Positions 8,257 to 15,891 of a stretch of DNA of 15,891 bases are shown here, one piece after another; the stretch's first letter is position 1, and each line of letters begins with the position of its first letter. The translations under genes and the position numbers were made by a program. The notes under the pieces are model-generated. The model had not been told where the DNA came from. It did no database searches and worked only from the letters and a program-made list of their open reading frames with translations. Origin of the DNA: Zygophlyctis sp. KS116 (Eukaryota; Fungi; Chytridiomycota); NCBI GenBank assembly GCA_054661495.1, contig BAAFSQ010000229.1, forward strand, positions 1 through 15,891, read 5' to 3'.

Positions 8257-10911
8257 ATGCGAATCAGACGGCAATTAATCAGACAAGCCAAAATTATATT
8301 CTGGAAATGTTTTATTTTCTCTTACAAGCGACGGCTGATGATCATTCTTGGCTTGATATTAACGATCTTTATTTTCAGGAGCAAGAGCCAAGACAAAATC
8401 TCAAATCTGTTGGCGAAAAATAGGAAATGGTACATTCCAAACAATGATTTCTTTAAACCGACGCTCTACTTGAAACCGGTTCAGAATACAAATACTGCTA
8501 AATTCTTTGATCATAAGAGAGAGAATCAAACTTATTTTAGGTTGCATGGTTTCAATTACTGTCAGAATTTAAATAATTCTTGGTTTAAGGGGAATGTCTA
8601 TATATCAAAATTAGGAGGGACTGTCATGCATATTAATCCAATTAGGAAAAGGATTATAGATTTAATTGATGATACTGCAAGGGATATTTCTGCGTTTCTT
8701 AAAGATAAGACTAATATTCCTGGATTAGCACAAGTAGGTGATCAAAGTATTTCTCTAAACTTGGAAACTGTATTTTAAATTTATTGATTTTATTAGGAAA
8801 TAGTAAGGCTATCTTGCTATTTAGCTGCTGAAGGGAATAATCAATTGGCTAATTTATCTGATACCATATTTTTACATAATATTCATCCACAGACTTACTT
8901 TAAAGAACAATTACCAGCATTAATTCCACAAAAGGCATTTAATCCAAAGATTAGGAGAAAGTTTAAATTGGCTTACAATGTTTTAATAGAAAATGAGATG
9001 GATTTTGCAAAACTAGGAAATCTATTACAGATTATTAATGATGGGAATGCAATCATGTTGATTCAAATAGACTCTAGAATACAGAAAAAGATTCAATCTA
9101 AAGTGGAAAATCTTCAAAAGCAGTCACGATATCATAATATTATAATTTCAAAGACTCGCTATGTTCATATTGAGGGGCATATTTCAAGTACTTTTTCTCT
9201 ATTAAATGGATATTTTGAATTATTGGATGCTGCAGAATGGGAATATGTCATAAATTTATCGGTTTTTGATTGGCCATTAAGAAATAACAAGGAAATTTAT
9301 AACTTATTAGATGGGCATGGAAAACAAAAGTCATGGATAAGTTTATGGCGAGACTCTAGTATTTTTTCTGAATCTAATATCTAGAGTGGGTTGCTCATAG
9401 GCTTTTTCGACTTCATTTACCGATTTTCACTGACAAGGGGTTTTCAAATTTCCATTCTGAAGATTTTGGGATATCTTACTGGCCAATGACAAATTGGAGA
9501 CTTTTTAGAAACACTCGGTGGACGATTTTAAGTCGTACAGCAGTTTCTTTTTTGCGTGGAGATAGCCATTCTTTACGGTTTCTAGCCTTTTTAGAGCATA
9601 GTTTTGAGCCTGAAGAATTCTTTGTTGGCACTGGTAAGTAAATAATAATTTGATAATAAAGCATTAATGAACTCGCATCTGGCCCAAAATGTATATATGG
9701 ATAACTTGCGGTATTCTAGAGGTAGCAGTGATTGGATCGGATATCGGGATCGTCACATTTTTCAATTGAATGAAAAGTTATCTCGATATTTATTTATGTG
9801 TCCTTTCAATTCCGAAGATGTGGCGAGAGGGGAGGATAAGTTGCTCGATTGGATGAAAGCTAGCCATTCATCAAGAAATGATAGTGGGGATTTCTGCAAT
9901 GATAAGATTTTGACTAATAATGATTGTTTGAAAGCCTTTGCAGACCGTGTTGCTGCAGATGATCATTTGATTTTAATCCCAATTATTTCTCAAAAGCATA
10001 TTTCTTTGGCAAAGAATTTAGAGTGCTCTCTAAATAGGATTGGATACACAAATGTAGTACTGTTAACTTATGACCATGCTACAAATTGTAAGAAATATTT
10101 CTTTACTGAATTACTAGCCAAGATTAGTAAATTACCTTACAATTCTTTATATATCCCTCTAGATGCTGAACTAGGGACATCATTAAAAGAATCCAAATTA
10201 GTTGAGGCGATATCCAGGTACAAGCTTGAAATTTTACTTAAATTCTCAAAAAATGGATACAATGTCTTCTATGTTGAATCTGGTACAGTTGTTATAAAAG
10301 ATGTATTCCAAAGGCTTCTACAATATTCAAGCAAACACATTGATGCTGATATTATGGTTGGAGTTGCTGAAGAAAAGATCATTAAACCCGATCCAGAAAC
10401 ATTAAATATTCCATCTCTTGATTCAAATATTATATTTGTTCGAAAGACTTTTGGTGCGATATCTTTCTTGGAACAGATTCAAGACTTCATGGGTAAAAAT
10501 GCAAATGAAAACTTTGAAGCTGCCTTTTACACTTTACTTCATAAAGAAACACTTGTTCAAGTCACTGGATTTGGCTCATCAAACCCCGATCCATTGTATC
10601 CAAACAAGTATGGGAAATCAGAAAATGAAAAATCTAGCGGGGATGGACATTTTGGAGTAGACTTGACACATCTTTTCCAACTTGGATATTCTAGACCTGC
10701 CGAAATCAAACCCAAAATATCAAAAATCCATATTCTTGATCAGATAGAGTTTATTAATGGTAGATTATACTTTGATACAAATTCAGACTTGGATTCAAGA
10801 AAAGAATCAGTTTTGCTCATTCATTCTCCACATCAACTCGAAATTGAAAAACTATTCAAGACTCATAAGCTATGGTATTTGGATTTAAGGGATACATGTA
10901 TAAGTATTTAA
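8257..10911 (+). CDS. Type II membrane glycosyltransferase: GT14 (core-2/I-branching/xylosyltransferase-like) domain plus C-terminal nucleotide-diphospho-sugar transferase (GT77-like) domain, about 847 aa
   Basis: N-terminal TM segment. GT14-like motifs KLAYNVLI, IQID, WEYVINLSVFDWPLR, RWTILSR and EHSFEPEEFFVGTALMNS (exon 9385..9633 is absent from the ORF track). GT77-like motifs AKNLECSLNR, KLEILLKFSKNGYNVFYVESGTVVIKD, LDSNIIFVR and ILDQIEFING. Introns 8770..8796 (27 nt), 9359..9384 (26 nt), 9634..9661 (28 nt) and a probable in-frame 10088..10117 (30 nt). Confidence 0.78.
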
Positions 10912-10941
10912 CAGATGTTTTAGAATCCAAATAAATCTTAT

Positions 10942-11406
10942 TTAAATCATTTTTAACAAGTCAATAGCTGCATTGTTGACAAGAAAGACATCCTCCAAAA
11001 CTTTTCGGACATAATCCATTGATTCCATTTTTGCCTCTTTCACAATTGAATTGTACATTGGACCTTGATAATTCTTTCCGGAAATGATACATTCCATAAT
11101 ATGATCCTTTTGAGAACTGTGCGCCCTATATTGGATAAGAGTTTGGATAATTTCCCCAATTTTACAATCAATCATACGATTTAGACATAAAAACTTTGAT
11201 AAAAGAATCGGATCAACACTTTTTCCCAAAGATAATATATCAGCTAGCAGATCGACGGGGCGCTGTCCTTGAATAACATTTAACGCCTGATAAATCCACT
11301 CCAAGGCCTTGTTATCTTCCATCATATCGGCAATTAGACCATTTAACAAATAATCTGATTGGGTGCATTGAGATCCATAGAATTCATCTGTCAATTTAGA
11401 AATCAT
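10942..11406 (-). CDS. Hypothetical alpha-helical protein, 154 aa
   Basis: An intact ATG-to-stop ORF that fills the gap between the GT gene and PTH2. No motif recognised and the start codon is uncertain. Confidence 0.6.
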   Translation of the reverse strand: MISKLTDEFYGSQCTQSDYLLNGLIADMMEDNKALEWIYQALNVIQGQRPVDLLADILSLGKSVDPILLSKFLCLNRMIDCKIGEIIQTLIQYRAHSSQKDHIMECIISGKNYQGPMYNSIVKEAKMESMDYVRKVLEDVFLVNNAAIDLLKMI

Positions 11407-11502
11407 TTGATAGATGATCTTTTTAGATTGCAGTCTATTTATACAAGTAAAACATTCTCACGCTGTCAACTCCGTCAAACCCACCCCTAAACAGTCAAGT
11501 GA

Positions 11503-12006
11503 ATGGAAATATCACTAATTGTCTTGATCCTGATGGCTGTTTTAGGATCTATATTCACTATTGCTTTTCAAAAGTTGTCTAGAAAACAACCGCTCATAAT
11601 CCCGACATTTTCAAGTCATTCATATAAAATGGTTTTATTGATTCGTACAGATCTGCAAATGTCCAAGGGTAAAGTCGCTGCCCAATGCTCTCATGCCACA
11701 TTGGCTGCTTATAAATCATCATTAAAAGGGTCTAAACATCAAACTGACTGGCTCAAGAGATGGGAAACAGAAGGTCAAGCAAAAATAACTTTAAAAGTGG
11801 AAAATGAAGACAGGCTGTATGATTTAATCAGATTTAATCTTAGAGTTCAACTACAAAAACAGGCGCGCGGTAAGGGCCTGGTGTGTGAGTCTATAATTGA
11901 TGCCGGACGAACTCAAATTGAAGCAGGTACAAGAACAGTTTTGGCAATCGGTCCTGGACCTGTTGACCTTATTGATAGTATCACTGGGAAACTAAAATTA
12001 TATTAA
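11503..12006 (+). CDS. PTH2: Peptidyl-tRNA hydrolase 2, about 158 aa
   Basis: N-terminal TM anchor and motifs KMVLLIRTDLQMSKGKVAAQCSHA, WETEGQAKITLK and DAGRTQIEAGTRTVLAIGPGP. Removing the in-frame 27-nt intron 11817..11843 (GTATGA...CTTAG) gives ENEDRLVQLQKQA. Confidence 0.96.
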   Translation: MEISLIVLILMAVLGSIFTIAFQKLSRKQPLIIPTFSSHSYKMVLLIRTDLQMSKGKVAAQCSHATLAAYKSSLKGSKHQTDWLKRWETEGQAKITLKVENEDRLYDLIRFNLRVQLQKQARGKGLVCESIIDAGRTQIEAGTRTVLAIGPGPVDLIDSITGKLKLY

Positions 12007-12733
12007 ATATAATCTCTTCTTTTATAGAAATTGTATGTCCACGTCCCTGCTTTATATACTGTGTATATTCCAAAACAACCAATCAATATTTTCATCATTC
12101 GAGATCTTGTACTTTTGTTAATATGGTCAATGCGATCTGCAATATACTGGAGTTCTTTATTTACTCTAGATTCAGCCAATTCAATATCTTTTAGCAACAC
12201 ATCTGCTTCATTTTTTATACGTGCCTTCTCCAATGATATATCTAATCTAACTGAACCATGTGCTTTTGATAGATCTTCTCTCATACTAGTTTTTAGCGCT
12301 TCTGTTTCTGTAATTATTTTTGCTAGTTCTGATTTGAGAATCGCAAAATCCTTTTGGCCTTTATATTAAATTTATTGGATATACCAAGATCGTTAATATC
12401 AGATTGCAGTTTATCAAATTGAGCTTGATTATGCTGTCTTACAAACTGTTGATCATTTTTTAAAGCCAGTGATTGGATCATGTTTTTCATACTTTCTCCA
12501 ACCGCTTGCGATATAAGTAATATTAAAGCATCAGTTTGTTCCTGACTAAAACCTTCTGCGATCAGCAATTGAGAGATTTTAGAATGATCCAGGTCAATGT
12601 GTTTCTCGGGACTGATGGGCTCCAATGATGCGATTTGATTAGTTTTTAGCGGATTAACATCGATCGGTCTTTCGGACTTTGATCCATGCCAGCGGTTTTT
12701 GATAAATTGAATTCCCAATCGTCTTTTGCTCAT
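12003..12733 (-). CDS. DUF1640 / CCDC90-MCUR1 / Fmp32-like mitochondrial coiled-coil protein, about 234 aa
   Basis: Presequence-like N-terminus, head motif LIAEGFSQEQTDALI, VRLDISLEKARIK and a C-terminal TM segment. The 26-nt intron 12359..12384 joins the two ORFs (DL-GQKDFAILKSEL). Confidence 0.85.
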
Positions 12734-12757
12734 ACAATCAAGGATTAGGAGAATTTA

Positions 12758-13795
12758 TTACTTAAATCCAACAAATTGAACCATTTCAGGCATATCATCA
12801 CAATTTTCATGTTTAATTTTTCTGAAATTTCCTTGTCTAAAGATCCATGTTTGATTAAAGTCATCAATCGCTGTTGGTTCATGTTTTGGAATAAATCGAT
12901 TAAATTTTACAGTAACTGATTTACGACTGCGATCAATTCTTTCTGATATAACGACTAAAGAAGGAATACAAGAGTTGGTTGATCGAGTAACTCTTTTATT
13001 CCCTAAATTACCCCAAGAATAGATTAATCCAGACTCACTTATTGTTAACAGTACGTTATCATGTCCAGCCATTGATTTCCACTTTTCTTTGGATTCAACT
13101 CTATCCCAGTGTCTTTTAGTTTCCTTTTGTTAGAATATAATACTTTTACCATAAAAAGACCAGTCACAAAAAGATCGCCTTCCTGAGTTATAATTGCTGT
13201 AAATGTATCCAACACGCAGATTTCTATTGGAATAATCGGACATGAAACTGGGTATAAAGTTTTTAACGAATCTAAAGTCTGACCACTAGTTCCTAATTGT
13301 CCATACTGGTTATCTCCAAATGAGAATAACATGGTTTTTTGCTTTATCCATAGAAATCCATGGTTTTTACCCACTATAACAGTAGGTTTGACTAGTGGAT
13401 CCAAGTTGATTTTTGCTGCTAAAGTGTCCAACTGGATCCAATCTAATTTGTTCATTGTGATCAGTATACTACAATCAGCAATCGTATTTGGGCTCTTAAA
13501 ATTGAGACTGCGAGCCGATGTTTTTCCATCTACACGCGTTAATGTAATCCAACTTACTTGGCAATGCATTGAATTTAGTAGTTTTTTTAGGGGAAAATAA
13601 AGCTCTCGACGATGATGGAGCCACGATTTGATGATTTAATGACTTTAAGATTTTACGTGGTGATAACGGAGAGGAAGTCAAAGAAGGCTCCAAGTTAATA
13701 AATGGAGAAGTTGATGGAAGTGTTTTAATAGGTGAAGAAGAATGGAACATAGCATTTCGAGAAGATGGATTCAATGGAGGTTTGTTTTCGCTCAT
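12758..13795 (-). CDS. RCC1/BLIP-II-like repeat protein with a Ser/Pro-rich N-terminus, about 327 aa
   Basis: RCC1-type blades LFSFGDNQYGQLG, FTAIITQEGDLFVTG and LTISESGLIYSWG. Introns 13530..13557 (28 nt) and 13124..13149 (26 nt) join the three ORFs in frame. Confidence 0.72.
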
Positions 13796-13881
13796 TTATG
13801 GATATCGGATATATTTCGGACTTGATCGCTCAACAATATAAAGAATTTGCAGTGTTTGATGATATTAAGGCGTTGAAGAGT

Positions 13882-15891
13882 CTATGATTCCGGATCTAGC
13901 TTTAAAGAGATTCGATCAATATCCTTTAGGGGAATATTCTGATAGTTTGATAGATAATCAGATAATTCTGATGACACTTCAAATTCGTATTCAATCTTTT
14001 GATGCTGTAATACTGAATTGATGACAGCTGTAGTCTTATTGATCCTATCCGCATTGATCCATTTAATATTCTTTTCTCTAAAAACTACATCACCAAGAGC
14101 GGACAATGCTTGTAAGTCGTGGTGATACATTCCAGGATACGGAATTAATGCAGTCTGGGTAGTTTTTGAAATATTTCTAATTTCTACAAAATTCTTCTTT
14201 TCATCTACCACATCCTTTAGGTAATTCAACTTATTTTTGGAATCTTGGCTTAAATTCTAGTTAATAATCGCTTGTTTAATTACCTGGAAGGTTTGTTTTA
14301 ATCTTGCGACAGGTTTTAGAGATAATGCATCCATGATCATCTTCAATCCGTTGAAATTTCGCAGTTTCACCAATTCCTAAGAGATAAATAGAAAAATATT
14401 TACCTGGCCAATCTGAATTATATGTGCCAAAATAGAAATTCTGCGAATTAGATCTGTGACGGATAATATTTCAGATACAATCCACATTGTGGCACTGTTA
14501 GTCCATTCAGACAATTTACAAATATTTGGCGATAATGTCTCCTTTTCTTTTTTAGTCCAATTAGAGTCTATTAATTCTCTTGGTCCAACCAATTTAAAAT
14601 ATTTGAAGTCATTAAGGGTTATTTGTCTAGATACATCCACTGGGTCATAATCTAAAATACCAGACAGTTGCTTATGAGATGATTCTTCCTTGATAATGTT
14701 ATTATCAATTCTTTTCTTTAAAGTAGATTTTCCACCTCTAAAGGCTTTAGATATCATTATTGACAATCTGTTCGGTATCTTGTTCTCGACTGTGGATCTT
14801 CGTACAGATTCACCTCCGTTCTGTGATCTTTTACTGACAGTATCAGTTAAGATTTGCATGACCTCGTTAGATCTTACATCGGGCGGTTGCACTTGAATGA
14901 TGGACAGTATATATTGAGCAGTAGAGTCATTCATATTTATGTCATTTTGAAACTTTTGCATCCACATCTTCAAAATATTTGCAATCCTTTTGTTCAATAT
15001 AAAACAAGCTCACCTTATCATATAAACGCCATGGCCTTGTTTTTGATCTTTAATTAAATCGATCCATTTTAATAGAAGCATTCCTAGCAAATCTTTGCTC
15101 TTGGTAAAAATTGGATGGTTTAACAAAAATGCGTATATAAGTATCGAATCATAATCTGCTATCTCAAGCAAATATGAAAGATACCATGGTAAAGTTGCTG
15201 ACTTTAAAATCTGCTTGTCTCCAATGAGTAACAGTTTTTGTAATTTGTTTGGGTTATTATCAGAGAGTGGAATTTTTGAGTAAGATTCAAGGATTTTCCC
15301 TAGCTGAGGCATTTCAAGCTGCTTAAATATCAGGTTATCTGATTGTCCGAAAGAATTAGTCTTCAAAACTTGTTCGTTTAATTCAGATATCTGTGCCATA
15401 TATTGTACCCTTTCATGCTGCACTTTCTCGAACTGTATTAAAAGTGATTCAAACCGAGTCTTCACATCTGAATATTCGTTAGAAACCCTATCAAGCTCGA
15501 TTCTACATATGTCAAGCTGGTTGAAGACATCATCTCTTTCATAACTAACTGATTCTATTTTCGATTGAAGTTCATAATTATATATAGAATTAGTATCAGA
15601 AGTTTCCAGAAGTGCTGTATCACCCAAAGTTTCTTTCAATCTGGCAAGCAGCTGATGGTTCTCTTTCTCTAAAGAATCTAACTTTTGTGACATTTTTTCG
15701 ATTTCAGGAGATGGTCTGTCACTTGCAAGCTTGCTGAGCTCAACATTTTCAGTTTCAATGTCTGAAATTTTCAATGTTAAATCTAAGATCTGCGCTGAAA
15801 AAACTCCCAAATTTTCCCGAATATTAGTCTCTGCCTCAATCTTTGCTGAGTCTAATCGTTTTAGAAGATCTTCTTTTTCTTGCTCCACCCG
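13882..15891 (-). CDS. RasGEF (coiled coil + REM + CDC25 domain), 5'-partial
   Basis: REM motifs AFLLNHPIFT and IRIANILKMW. CDC25 motifs DPVDVSRQITL, WTKKEKETLSPNI, WIVSEIL, LRNFNG, RLKQTF, IPYPGMY and LSNY...SLKLDP. Introns 14987..15013, 14377..14403 and 14257..14283 (all 27 nt). The frame is open to the window edge. Confidence 0.88.

Noticed and set aside
218-10911. Biosynthetic gene cluster (two glycosyltransferases plus MVD1)
   Set aside because: The genes are interspersed with unrelated housekeeping genes and there is no backbone synthase.
661-15057. Short ORFs in the track that overlap real genes (661..945, 1343..1609, 2351..2539, 2804..3010, 3254..3460, 7825..8064, 9476..9664, 10418..10660, 12031..12369, 13331..13600, 14456..14650, 14690..14896, 14854..15057)
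   Set aside because: They are antisense or alternate-frame shadows of well-supported genes and have no recognisable motifs.
218-15891. Fragmented ORFs read as pseudogenes, programmed frameshifts or stop-codon reassignment
   Set aside because: Every break is explained by an AT-rich GT-AG micro-intron whose removal restores the frame and conserved motifs.

Overview
An AT-rich, very gene-dense eukaryotic nuclear segment. It is most likely from a zoosporic (chytrid-like) fungus, since it carries a fungal GT71 mannosyltransferase, calaxin and complex I subunit NDUFB8. The ORF track is fragmented because genes are split by tiny GT-AG introns. I resolved 27 candidate introns by hand and all are 24-31 nt. 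After splicing, the window holds 13 genes: a GT71 mannosyltransferase, NDUFB8, a Cys-Pro-repeat protein, calaxin, a stand-alone voltage-sensor-like protein, eIF2B-gamma, mevalonate diphosphate decarboxylase, a GT14+GT77-like fusion, an orphan ORF, Pth2, a DUF1640/Fmp32-like protein, an RCC1-like protein and a 5'-truncated RasGEF. A further gene may start at the left edge. The most unusual element is a 308-aa protein (2652..3638, minus strand) with a signal peptide, a C-terminal HDEL and 22 cysteines that all sit in Cys-Pro dipeptides resembling heme regulatory motifs. It was built by a near-perfect internal tandem duplication that includes an intron. All gene models are manual readings without transcript data.
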